DNA of 64,000 nucleotides from Alphaproteobacteria bacterium (GTDB lineage Bacteria; Pseudomonadota; Alphaproteobacteria; JASGCL01): NCBI GenBank assembly GCA_965262775.1, contig CBDHFT010000006.1, positions 257,325 to 321,324 of the forward strand, read 5' to 3'. Shown piece by piece: positions 55,355 to 64,000 of this stretch (position 1 is its first letter; each line of letters starts with the position of its first letter). The notes under the pieces were generated by a model. It saw only the letters and a program-made list of their open reading frames with translations, ran no database searches and was not told where the DNA came from. The position numbers and the translations under genes were made by a program.

Positions 55355-55627
55355 TTATTTTACAGATTCTTTTAACTGTTTGCTGGGTTTAAAACGTGGC
55401 TTTTTTGCCGCGGGGATAGATATGGTCGCCCCCGTTGCTGGGTTGCGGCCTTCGCGGGCTTTGGTTTGTTTAATGTCAAAATTACCAAAACCAGCCAACT
55501 TAACTTCTTCCCCCCGCTTCAAACATTCGCTGATGCAATCCAGCACCGCGTTCAAAGCGCGGTCTGCGGTTGCTTTGTCACTGCCAGTTTTGCCAGCAAT
55601 GGCTTCTATCATTTCATTTTTATTCAT
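55355..55627 (-). CDS. hup: HU-family DNA-binding protein
   Basis: The 90-aa product reads MNKNEMIEAIA...GFGNFDIKQTKAREGRNPATG, the classic HU/IHF pattern. Confidence 0.95.
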   Translation of the reverse strand: MNKNEMIEAIAGKTGSDKATADRALNAVLDCISECLKRGEEVKLAGFGNFDIKQTKAREGRNPATGATISIPAAKKPRFKPSKQLKESVK

Positions 55628-56001
55628 GGGTTTTTTCCTTTCTATAAAGTGTTATTTCTACCTAGTATTGTAATCATTAATAACTTAATAGATTGGCCAA
55701 ATACCTGGGTACGAAATTATTTCTAGGATTTATCGGTTGATTCGGGGCAAAAGGTCAAATAAAAAATGTCAAAAGTCAGTAAAAATAGCATTTTTTGCCA
55801 TATATTGAGGTTATTTATAAATAAAAAATAGAAATATTATGAAGCTACATCAATTATATCACTCAAATATTTGTTATTTTTTAAGAAATTGGGTATAGTG
55901 CTTGCATTAGGGGATGCTAGGATCAAGGTTGCGATATTATCGGGGTTCGAGAACAGGGATAAAATATAAATATTGATAAAAAAATAATTAACATAAAAAA
56001 A

Positions 56002-56661
56002 ATGAATACAGAAACAAAAAAAAATATAACCTTATTTTCTAAACTTGACAGGTTTGTAAAGGGCGCGGCCCAGCCGACAGCTGGATTGATGATAACCCTG
56101 TCGTTGTTGTCGGGGTGTTCTCGGCAGGAGATAGGAGCGACCGTTAACGAAAAAGCAAAAACAGGCGAAGTATTAACGGTATTACAGGGCAACCCCACGG
56201 CAACGGTGGAGATTGACCAGGATAATTTAACAAATTCTACCACTGATTCAACCAATACCACCAACGCCGATAGCACAAGCACAGATAGCACAGGCGCAGG
56301 CGATTCGGTGAGCACCGTAGCGGGCGCACCCGAAGTAAACAAAGGTTATTTTGATTATGATAGCAGCGTGGTTAAATCAGACACCGAGGAAGTTATCAGG
56401 TCATTTGGTCAATGGATGCTTGCTAACCCCAGCAGTAAATTGGTTGTCGAAGGCCATGCCGACGAGCGCGGGACAAGGGAATATAACCTTGCCCTTGGCG
56501 CACGGCGTGCCAATGCAACCAAACGTTATTTGGTTGCGATGGGAATTGCGCCCAGCCGTATCAGGACGATATCCTATGGCAAGGAAAGGCCAGATGATCC
56601 GCGTTCTAACGAAGAAGCATGGGCAAAAAACCGCCGCTTCGTGGCTTTGAGATTGCAATAA
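56002..56661 (+). CDS. pal: Peptidoglycan-associated lipoprotein (OmpA-family C-terminal domain)
   Basis: It has the lipobox LLSGCS and a Thr/Ser/Asn-rich linker. The OmpA-like domain contains EGHADERGTREYNLALGARRA. Confidence 0.9.
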   Translation: MNTETKKNITLFSKLDRFVKGAAQPTAGLMITLSLLSGCSRQEIGATVNEKAKTGEVLTVLQGNPTATVEIDQDNLTNSTTDSTNTTNADSTSTDSTGAGDSVSTVAGAPEVNKGYFDYDSSVVKSDTEEVIRSFGQWMLANPSSKLVVEGHADERGTREYNLALGARRANATKRYLVAMGIAPSRIRTISYGKERPDDPRSNEEAWAKNRRFVALRLQ

Positions 56662-56688
56662 TTTTTTCTTGACGCTGGTTGGGCTGTT

Positions 56689-56719
56689 ATGGGCGGGGTG
56701 CGCGTCGCACTTCGCCCAT
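56689..56719 (+). terminator. GC-rich stem-loop downstream of pal
   Basis: ATGGGCG (56689-56695) pairs with CGCCCAT (56713-56719). An inner helix pairs GTGCG with CGCAC. No U-tract follows, so termination is not certain. Confidence 0.4.
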
Positions 56720-56834
56720 TCGCGGGTGTGCAAAAAAATTTGCATATTATAGGAAATATTGCCATAAGGTTGATAAACAATATATCCTATAAAAATCTAG
56801 CCATAAAAATTTAACCTAGGCCCGCGTAAAAAAT

Positions 56835-58247
56835 TTGGTAAAAGAATTTTCTCAAGAATCTTATTCAGAATCGAAGCCAGCCCCCGCATCTAAGAATGGC
56901 TTGGGCGAGGCATTGCTGGAAGTTTTTTTTCAACGGCTTGAAATGGCCGATATGAAGTTGGTCATACTACCGCAAAAGAAAATTTTGGTTGCTTTGTCGG
57001 GCGGTGGTGATTCTTTGGCCATGACCCTGTTATTAAAAATATGGTGCGCGGCCCAAGGAAAACAATTGGTGGCGGTGCATGTTAACCACGGTTTGCGTTG
57101 GGCGGCCAACCGCGAAGAAAAAAAATTACGCAAATTAATGGCGGCGCATGGCATTCCCCTGGTGGTAAAAAAACTTACCTGGCAGGCAGGCAAAAAAAAC
57201 CTGCACCATCGGGCGCGCCACGCGCGTTATGCGGCCTTGCGCGATGCCGCCCATGAACATGATAGCAAGGTGGTGATGTTGGCTCACCAACAAAATGATG
57301 TGGCAGAAAATTTGTTGATGCGCCTGGCGCGGCGTGCGGGGTTGCATGGTTTGGCCATGATGCAAGAGGTGAGTTATGGCGATGATATTATTTTTTTACG
57401 CCCATTGTTGTCGGTCAAATCGGATGATTTAAAAAAATATTTGTCAGAGCAAGGCGTAAAATTTTTTAAGGACGCCAGCAATCGCAACGATAAATTTTTG
57501 CGCGCCCGCACTAGAAAATTATTAAAAAAATTAGAAAAAAATAACATCGTGAGCGTGGACGATATTGCCCATTCATCGCGCCATTTACGCGACGCCGCCA
57601 ATTTTGTTGATGCCATGGCGGAAGAAAAAAAATCATCCATCATGATGCAAGGTCATGGCGTGGTTATTTTGTGGCGCCAGGGTGTATCGCCAAGTGCCAA
57701 TTTGTCAGCGATCGATGTTGCAAGCGGGGCGACGGTTTATCATTTTTTATTGCAATATTGGTTGCGGCACGTCATGACAGCATGGCAAGATAAGCCAGGC
57801 GATAAAAACTTCGCGCCACCGCAATATCAGTTGGATAAAATTTTATCGGCCACCCAGCAAACCGAAACGATATTTGATTACCCCGATTATTGGGTTGTGG
57901 CCGATGACAAAAAAATTACGGTGATTAAAAAAGCCCCTACGAAAATTATTCACCTAAAACCCCATGAAAAAATTATTTGGAATAAAATTTGTTATATAGA
58001 AAACCAGGGTGATAAAGATTGTTACATTGAGTCATGGGGGCGGGGTTTGAATTTTTTGAAAACAACATACAAAAAACGATTTATTGCCCCCGATATTACT
58101 TTGTCGCTGTCGGTTAAGGCTAGGCAGTATTTTTATCAAAGCCAACCCAAGGTTTTTTTCGAAGATAAAGAAAACTATTGCTTGCCAAGTTTTAATTTGA
58201 CAGAGGGGCAATCCATGTCTATTAAATTGAATTACATAGTTATTTAA
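56835..58247 (+). CDS. tilS: tRNA(Ile)-lysidine synthase
   Basis: The PP-loop VALSGGGDS is present. The track start at 56835 is a TTG, and an ATG at 56943 (MADMKLVILP) is an alternative start. Confidence 0.88.
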   Translation: MVKEFSQESYSESKPAPASKNGLGEALLEVFFQRLEMADMKLVILPQKKILVALSGGGDSLAMTLLLKIWCAAQGKQLVAVHVNHGLRWAANREEKKLRKLMAAHGIPLVVKKLTWQAGKKNLHHRARHARYAALRDAAHEHDSKVVMLAHQQNDVAENLLMRLARRAGLHGLAMMQEVSYGDDIIFLRPLLSVKSDDLKKYLSEQGVKFFKDASNRNDKFLRARTRKLLKKLEKNNIVSVDDIAHSSRHLRDAANFVDAMAEEKKSSIMMQGHGVVILWRQGVSPSANLSAIDVASGATVYHFLLQYWLRHVMTAWQDKPGDKNFAPPQYQLDKILSATQQTETIFDYPDYWVVADDKKITVIKKAPTKIIHLKPHEKIIWNKICYIENQGDKDCYIESWGRGLNFLKTTYKKRFIAPDITLSLSVKARQYFYQSQPKVFFEDKENYCLPSFNLTEGQSMSIKLNYIVI

Positions 58248-58253
58248 TATCGC

Positions 58254-61031
58254 ATGACGAATAATATTTTGCCGACGTTGCCCGAATTGCTTGAATTAGA
58301 ACGGCAAAAAAATTGGTTAGGGGCTGCTAACATTTGCGAAAAATATTTGGCTCAATTGCCCGACGATTATATGTGGCTTGACCATATGGTCATGGCCTAT
58401 TTCAATTTGGAAAACCATGCTGCGGCCTTGGTTGGGTTGGATAAAATGTTGGCTATCAAGCCCAATAATTTGATGTCGCGTTTTCACCGTGCCGCGACCT
58501 TAAAAAATATGGGGCAGTTAGATAGTGCGATAGAAGAATTAGAATGGTTGGGAAGTTGCGAAGATTATCCCAAAAAACACCTTTGTCAATTATTTACCAC
58601 CCTCGCCCTTAATTATCATATTGTCGGCAATTATGCCAAAGCGATGCAGGCGGTAAAAATAGCGCGCGTATTTTTTACTATCTACGGCGGGGATGAACTT
58701 GACCTAAAAAAACGGGAGGCATTTTGTCATTTGCACAATGGCGATTACGCCAAGGGTTTCGAGCTTTATGAATTTCGCCATAGCAATATTGACCCCAAAC
58801 ATTTTAATCCCATGCCGCACCATGTGCCAGAAAAAATTTGGCACGGCGAAGATATTACCAATAAAACATTGTTGATAGCCGCCGAACAAGGCTTGGGCGA
58901 TATGGTGATGATGGCAAGATTTTTACCATTGATAAAAACCAAAGCAAAAAAAGTCATTGTCGAATGTTATCAAGAACTTTACCGTTTGTTTAGGCATAGC
59001 CCGGTGGGGGAAGGGGTTGAGATTGTTCTCCTCACCAATGAAAAAAGGGAATTTGATGTTTGGACAAAAATGATGAGTCTGCCTTATCACCTTAATATTA
59101 ATGACCATGATTTGCCCAATCATTTGCCTTATTTATTGCCACCCGCCACTGGGTTCGCCGATTTTGCCGCCACCGACAAAAAATATAAAATTGGTTTGGT
59201 GTGGCAAAGCGGGGTGAAGGGGTTGGATAAGGTAACAAGGTCGATGGGATTGCAAGACATCGCCCCATTGTTATCCACGCCCGATTGCCAATTTTTTAGT
59301 TTTCAATATGACAAGGACCCAGAAAAAACAAAAACAGAAATTACCGCAGCGGGATTTGGCAATATCATTTTTGATACCGCGCCGTTAATCAAAGATTTAT
59401 CGGATACGGCGTTGCTGTTGTCAAAAATGGATTTGATAATTACCGTCGATACGGTGATAGCCCATTTGGCGGGGGCGTTGAACAAACCGACCTGGGTTAT
59501 TTTGCCATTTGAAAGCAGTTGGAAATGGCATCGCGATAACAAAACGGTGTGGTATCCGCGTGCCATGACATTATTTCGCCAAACCCAAGCCATGCAATGG
59601 AAAGACCCCGTGGCGCAAGTGGTGACGATGTTACAAAATCTGATTGCCAAACATCAGGGCAAAGAAAAATTGAGCGCGGATGATTTTTCTGATGTCGAAA
59701 AATTTTTGCCCACCGCTGATAACGCCGTGCGTTGGGATAAGATAGACCTTATAGAAAAATGCAAGGTCTTGATGAATGAAAAAAAATATTGGCCATCGGC
59801 CATTTATTTGCAAAAAATGCTCAGGGATAAAAATACCGATAATGCTTTGAAAAAGATTGTCTTGCTTAATGCGCGCAATGCTTGGCGCGCCACGGATAGA
59901 TGGGATAATGCCTTGGCGCTTAACGAAGAATTATTGGCTTTCAAGGATTCGTCGCCCGCCGATATGGTTGATAATCATTTGGCGGCATGTCAGATGTTGC
60001 AAAATAGGTGGCAGATGCCCCAGGCCATGGAACATTTGCTAGCAGCAAAAAAAATATTGGATGTTTACCCCGCGTTGCGCAACGAAAAAAATCTGCCCTG
60101 GCAAAAACAGGCTATGTTTGCGTATTTAAGGCAGGGGGATTTTTTAACCGCTTGGCAACATTGGCAATATCGGCACGAAGGTATTGTGAATTACGCGGCA
60201 TTGAAATATTTGCCGCACCATAAGCCTGAAAAAAAATGGCAGATGGGTGATAATATCAAAGATAAAATTGTCTTGGTGGCGATGGAGCAAGGCTATGGCG
60301 ATATCATGCAATTTGCGCGCTTCATCCCCACGCTGGCGCGGCAATGTCGGGGGGTAGTGGTCGAGGCTTACGAGCCGCTCTACCCATTGTTTAAAGCCAC
60401 GTTAGAAAAAGATAATATTACGGTGGTGCGGTGGGAAACAGAAACCCCGCAATTTGATACATGGTTGTTGGTTGCGACATTGGGGCCATTGCTGGCGATT
60501 GATGAAAAAAAATTACGCCAAGAATATCGGCAACCTTATTTTCATTTGCCTAGCGGTGTGAAAAAAAAATTGGATAATAAGAAGAAAAAAATTGGTATCA
60601 ATTGGTATTCAAGTTTGATTGGTAAGGACCATGCGGCGCGATCCACCAATTTAAAAAATTTCTTCCCATTGTTTGAACAACCCAATTGCGATATTTTTTC
60701 GTTGCAATTGGGCGGGGCGGAGCAAATAAAAAAGCTAGGCTTGCAAGCCATGGTTTATGATTTGTCAGCCAGCGTTGATAATTTTTTGGATACCGCATCT
60801 TGGGTTGCGGGGTTGGATATGGTTATCACGGTTGATACCGCCATGGTGCATTTATGCGGGGCGTTGGGGGTGAAGACAAAATTGTTATTACCGAAAGATT
60901 GCGACCCGCGGTGGGGGGCAACGGGGGATAGTTGTTTGCTTTACGGCGACCATGTAAAATTATACCGCGCCAAACACGCCGTTAATGATTGGGCGGGCGG
61001 AGTGGTGGAAAAAATGTTGGCCGATATTTAG
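58254..61031 (+). CDS. Internally duplicated TPR-repeat / GT9-like (heptosyltransferase-fold) glycosyltransferase fusion protein
   Basis: The 925-aa product consists of two colinear ~460-aa modules. Each has a TPR-like helical region followed by a GT9-like core. Module 1 carries AAEQGLGDMVMMARFLPLIK and DLIITVDTVIAHLAGALNKPTWVIL. Module 2 carries AMEQGYGDIMQFARFIPTLA and DMVITVDTAMVHLCGALGVKTKLLL. Confidence 0.7.
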   Translation: MTNNILPTLPELLELERQKNWLGAANICEKYLAQLPDDYMWLDHMVMAYFNLENHAAALVGLDKMLAIKPNNLMSRFHRAATLKNMGQLDSAIEELEWLGSCEDYPKKHLCQLFTTLALNYHIVGNYAKAMQAVKIARVFFTIYGGDELDLKKREAFCHLHNGDYAKGFELYEFRHSNIDPKHFNPMPHHVPEKIWHGEDITNKTLLIAAEQGLGDMVMMARFLPLIKTKAKKVIVECYQELYRLFRHSPVGEGVEIVLLTNEKREFDVWTKMMSLPYHLNINDHDLPNHLPYLLPPATGFADFAATDKKYKIGLVWQSGVKGLDKVTRSMGLQDIAPLLSTPDCQFFSFQYDKDPEKTKTEITAAGFGNIIFDTAPLIKDLSDTALLLSKMDLIITVDTVIAHLAGALNKPTWVILPFESSWKWHRDNKTVWYPRAMTLFRQTQAMQWKDPVAQVVTMLQNLIAKHQGKEKLSADDFSDVEKFLPTADNAVRWDKIDLIEKCKVLMNEKKYWPSAIYLQKMLRDKNTDNALKKIVLLNARNAWRATDRWDNALALNEELLAFKDSSPADMVDNHLAACQMLQNRWQMPQAMEHLLAAKKILDVYPALRNEKNLPWQKQAMFAYLRQGDFLTAWQHWQYRHEGIVNYAALKYLPHHKPEKKWQMGDNIKDKIVLVAMEQGYGDIMQFARFIPTLARQCRGVVVEAYEPLYPLFKATLEKDNITVVRWETETPQFDTWLLVATLGPLLAIDEKKLRQEYRQPYFHLPSGVKKKLDNKKKKIGINWYSSLIGKDHAARSTNLKNFFPLFEQPNCDIFSLQLGGAEQIKKLGLQAMVYDLSASVDNFLDTASWVAGLDMVITVDTAMVHLCGALGVKTKLLLPKDCDPRWGATGDSCLLYGDHVKLYRAKHAVNDWAGGVVEKMLADI

Positions 61032-61051
61032 AGAATAGACCAACAGCTTTA

Positions 61052-61429
61052 TTAAATTTCTATATCTTCTTGATTTTGAAATTGTGGTGAAGAAACTTTA
61101 TAAACAGCAGGCTTTTTTTCTTTGATGAAATCTAAAATTTTATTCATATCATCGTCATCAATAGTGCCAAGCGTTTTATCTTTATCAATTCTTCCTGAGT
61201 ATTCAACTATGGCTGCTGTAGCACAACCGACATAACTATCTTTTTTCAACATCTCTTTTGGGTATTTTGATTTTTCTAATTTTATATAGGGATAATAATT
61301 TTCATTTTCATTATTACTTGTTATAAGTGCAAAATAACATAATCCTTCATCGCTTTTGCCAAGAAAAATATGTCTGTGCTTATCTCTGTATCTAACAAAG
61401 AAAACATCCCCGACCCTTGCCATAATCAA
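61052..61429 (-). CDS. Small protein with a divergent MazF/PemK-like pattern (candidate toxin)
   Basis: The 125-aa product carries GDVFFV, KHRHIFLG, FALITS, YPYIKL and LGTIDDDDMNKILDFIKE. These are colinear with the MazF landmarks GDLIWV, GHRPAVVL, CVPCTT, YPFEVVL and KGTVAPEELQLIKAKINV. The assignment is by eye only. Confidence 0.45.
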   Translation of the reverse strand: MIMARVGDVFFVRYRDKHRHIFLGKSDEGLCYFALITSNNENENYYPYIKLEKSKYPKEMLKKDSYVGCATAAIVEYSGRIDKDKTLGTIDDDDMNKILDFIKEKKPAVYKVSSPQFQNQEDIEI

Positions 61430-61446
61430 TTTCCCTAATATTATTT

Positions 61447-62004
61447 TTAAACAGCAATATAGGCGGAGCGGCTGGCAATATCGTTGATGGTAGATTTTTT
61501 AACTGATGAATCATAAAAATCCCTGTAATCCATGTCAGCATAATTGGCGTTGCCACGTGCGTTCCATGCCTTATACCATGCAGGGTGGTCATGAGAAATT
61601 GTGGTTAATTCTGAAAAGTTTTTATCTTTATAAGTCTGCCAAATATCATCTAATATTTTTTTACTGTCGCTTGATAGAAATTGCCCAACATTATTTGGCA
61701 TGGCGGTGATAATAATTTTATTATCTTGTCTTTTTATTGGTAAAGGATAGCCGTCCGCCAGTCCCGCAGAGGTGTTATTAATAATATCAAGAGCTTCTTG
61801 ATTAATTGGACCAAATTTTAAGGCCTTATAACACCCGCCAAACATAGGGGTTAAGGTTTTATTCATGCTGGCAACATCAGCAAAGAACAGCAGTTTCATG
61901 GCTTGATGAATGCCAAGTTCTTTGTTATTTGTTTTTTGCGCTAAATAGCAAATGCCATCAATAATGGCTTTTTCGCTACAGCCAAATATCATCATCTTTG
62001 TCAT
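61447..62004 (-). CDS. Panacea (DUF4065, SocA/GepA-like) domain protein (candidate antitoxin)
   Basis: The 185-aa product contains HQAMKLLFFADVASMNKTLTPMFGGCYKALKFGPINQEALD, which fits the DUF4065 core pattern. It ends 17 nt upstream of the small ORF. Confidence 0.6.
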   Translation of the reverse strand: MTKMMIFGCSEKAIIDGICYLAQKTNNKELGIHQAMKLLFFADVASMNKTLTPMFGGCYKALKFGPINQEALDIINNTSAGLADGYPLPIKRQDNKIIITAMPNNVGQFLSSDSKKILDDIWQTYKDKNFSELTTISHDHPAWYKAWNARGNANYADMDYRDFYDSSVKKSTINDIASRSAYIAV

Positions 62005-62077
62005 GGTATAGTTGTATCATGACTCGTTAGCCGATGTAAAGCAATTTCAGAAAAACTCCTGGCGATAAAAAACAATA

Positions 62078-62118
62078 AAAAAAAACCCCGCCAGAAAAAA
62101 CTTCGGGCGGGGTTTTTA
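62078..62118 (-). terminator. Rho-independent (bidirectional-looking) terminator after the porin gene
   Basis: CCCCGCC (62086-62092) pairs with GGCGGGG (62106-62112). An A-run lies on one side and a T-run on the other, so the minus strand reads as stem-loop followed by T8. Confidence 0.8.
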
Positions 62119-62161
62119 ATATGAAATAGAAAACCTATTTTCTTTGTTCTAAACTAAATAA

Positions 62162-63214
62162 TTAGAAAGAAACTTGGCTGGCAAGAACCCAAGAGTAACC
62201 TTTGTCAGTGAAGTTTGTGTCATAACCAAGGGTTTGGTTGAAGTTTTCACTCCAAGCATAACCCAAGCCAACACCAAAGTGGTTGTCAGACTCGGCGCCT
62301 GCACGGCTGCTTTGAGCAAACAACATACCAAGGGTTAAGCCAGCGACGCGGGGAGTGTCAAATGCGACACCAACTTCCCATGTGCTGAAGGCATTAACTT
62401 TGGCAGTATCGTTATGCAAATTGTGGTATGCACCATTGACGGTAACGCCAATGTTTTTGCCATCGGTATAGCCAACTTGTGCGCCAGCGGTATAGCCGCT
62501 TGCATCAACAGTTGTTGAGCCATTGCCTTGGTTGGAGTATAAACCGCCAAAAGCAACCGCCAAGGTCACGGGACCAAAGGCGTTGTCATAACGGGCGACA
62601 GCACTGTGGGTTGGACCCAAAGGCAATGCGCCAGTAGCGCGTTTTGCGCCATTAGCAGTGGTTTGACCAGAGCTAAAGCTATAGCCTAATTTGACACCAT
62701 AGATAGATGGGGTTTCATAGCTCACGCCCAAGGGCTTTGCGCTAGCAACCAAATCAAGGCTGTCCCAATTATATTGGCTGTTGGCGATTGATTCACCATC
62801 TTGTGAATAACCTGGAACAATACCCGATGAAGAGATTTTGTTGTTGGTTACCACGGTGTTATCGCGACCAATGGTTACTTTACCAAAATATTTTTGGCCA
62901 AAATAAACATAGGCTTTGTCTGCACCATCGGCACCATCAAATGGGCGATAACGCAAATAAGCACCATAGGTCATGTTCAAAGTGCTGGCTTGGCCATCAG
63001 CTTTGACACTGATGTAATTGCGCCAAGATGGCAAAGCCAACTGAGTGCCTGCGCTGTCGCTGCCTTGAATGGTGGCACCAACGGTCCCACCGATAGAGGC
63101 TTTCATGCCAGCTTTTTGGTCTTTCATCATGGACGCAGTTTGTGCGTTTGCCGATGAAGCAACCAAAGTAAGGGCGCCAAGGATAGCCGAAGTGCCCAAT
63201 AGTATTTTTTTCAT
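62162..63214 (-). CDS. Outer-membrane porin
   Basis: The signal peptide is MKKILLGTSAILGALTLVASSANAQ. The body is Gly/Tyr/Asn-rich with an alternating beta-strand pattern, and the protein ends in C-terminal ...VSF. I prefer the ATG at 63214 to the track start at 63247. Confidence 0.8.
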   Translation of the reverse strand: MKKILLGTSAILGALTLVASSANAQTASMMKDQKAGMKASIGGTVGATIQGSDSAGTQLALPSWRNYISVKADGQASTLNMTYGAYLRYRPFDGADGADKAYVYFGQKYFGKVTIGRDNTVVTNNKISSSGIVPGYSQDGESIANSQYNWDSLDLVASAKPLGVSYETPSIYGVKLGYSFSSGQTTANGAKRATGALPLGPTHSAVARYDNAFGPVTLAVAFGGLYSNQGNGSTTVDASGYTAGAQVGYTDGKNIGVTVNGAYHNLHNDTAKVNAFSTWEVGVAFDTPRVAGLTLGMLFAQSSRAGAESDNHFGVGLGYAWSENFNQTLGYDTNFTDKGYSWVLASQVSF

Positions 63215-63635
63215 TGCTGTTTTTCCTTTCAAGAAAAATAGTTGCAATAATTATTGACTAGACGCTAAGTCCAGCATGTCCACAAATAATGCACATTGTG
63301 CAATGAAAAATTGTGCCCCGCTTTTTTACCGTCTAACCGGTTTTGTGCAAAAAAGTTAAAATGCGCCAGGGATTATTTGTCCCCCCCTGGTATATCCCAA
63401 CCCTTGCAACCCAATTGTAGCAGAATCCTTTTAGCTGTCAAATATAATAATATACATTAAATCATTGATATATATGTATATTATATTTTATTACTCGGTA
63501 AAAGGGCAAAAAAAACGCCAAACCGCCCACCCAATATTTGCAAAACAAAATAGAAAAGATTTTGTTTGAAAATTATCGGGGGACGATTTGGCGCAAAATA
63601 AAGGTTCTAGATTTAGTTAGCTAGAGTTTGTTTGG

Positions 63636-64000
63636 TTAGAATGAAACCTGGTTAGCCAGAACCCATGACCAACCATTGTTGCCCGCGTTGCCGCCAAAGG
63701 CACGGTCGTAACCGATGGTTTGGGTGAAGTTCTCACTCCAAGCATAGCCAAGCCCGACGCCGACATGGTAATTTTTGATACCTGTTTTATCGGCACTGCC
63801 AAACAATGCCCCGAAGCTTAGGCCCGCAACGCGTGGCGTGTTAAGCCCCAAACCGACGCCCCAACCATTGGCATATTGTGGCCCATTGGTGGCGTGGCTG
63901 TAATTACCATTGACGCTTAGGCCGATGTTTTTACCATCGGTGTAGCCAACTTGCGCCCCCGCGGTGACCGCGGTTACGCGTTGGGTGGCGTTAAAGTTTT
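63636..64000 (-). CDS. Outer-membrane porin paralog, C-terminal part only (continues past the right edge)
   Basis: The reading frame is open from the window edge to the stop at 63636. The C-terminus ...PRVAGLSFGALFG...GLGYAWSENFTQTIGYD...SWVLANQVSF is colinear with the porin at 62162..63214. Confidence 0.75.
   Translation of the reverse strand, partial: NFNATQRVTAVTAGAQVGYTDGKNIGLSVNGNYSHATNGPQYANGWGVGLGLNTPRVAGLSFGALFGSADKTGIKNYHVGVGLGYAWSENFTQTIGYDRAFGGNAGNNGWSWVLANQVSF

Noticed and set aside
55880-55960. A GGGGTTCGAG string that looks like a tRNA T-loop, in the hup-pal intergenic region.
   Set aside because: I could not build a T-stem, acceptor stem or anticodon arm around it, so it is not a tRNA. 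I recognised no tRNA in any intergenic region of this window.
1-64000. A search for transposases, integrases, IS inverted repeats or att-like direct repeats flanking the three AT-rich islets.
   Set aside because: I recognised none in the ORF translations or at the islet borders. The islets are therefore called only on composition and gene content, not as defined mobile elements.

Overview
This 64-kb chromosomal window comes from a moderately AT-rich Gram-negative bacterium. Gene content and local synteny suggest an alphaproteobacterium: trpA-accD adjacency, DUF2849-cysI-DUF934, hemE-hemJ, hisZ, an AtpI-like gene, Pal and porins ending in a C-terminal Phe. I cannot name the taxon. All family calls rest on motifs I recognise by eye in the supplied translations; no database search was run. 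I call 55 protein-coding genes, two of them truncated by the window edges: recO at the left (absent from the ORF track, found by manual translation) and a porin paralog at the right. I found no rRNA, tRNA, CRISPR array, transposase or integrase. The backbone is housekeeping: rimP-nusA-infB-rbfA, accD, trpA, hom, purA, hisZ, hemE, hemJ, metK, hup, pal, tilS, xseA and folA. An unusually complete, tightly packed 11-gene sulfate-assimilation operon spans 21511-30379: FNR-type reductase, 2Fe-2S ferredoxin, CysG-like protein, DUF2849, CysI, DUF934, Fe-S type APS/PAPS reductase, CysD and CysN. A strongly AT-rich FkbM-type methyltransferase gene sits exactly between cysD and cysN. Three short AT-rich islets look horizontally acquired. 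(1) 10.3-12.7 kb holds a type II restriction-modification pair plus a convergent two-gene cassette of unknown function. (2) 28.2-29.0 kb holds the FkbM insertion. (3) 61.05-62.0 kb holds a Panacea (DUF4065)-like protein followed by a small, very divergent MazF/PemK-like protein; I consider this the best candidate for an undescribed toxin-antitoxin or defence module. Other notable items are a ~3000-aa protein with about 27 cadherin-like repeats, no N-terminal signal peptide and three near-identical 279-bp internal tandem repeats; an internally duplicated TPR-GT9-like glycosyltransferase fusion coupled to tilS; tandem ProX-type binding-protein paralogs with different leaders; and tandem porin paralogs.
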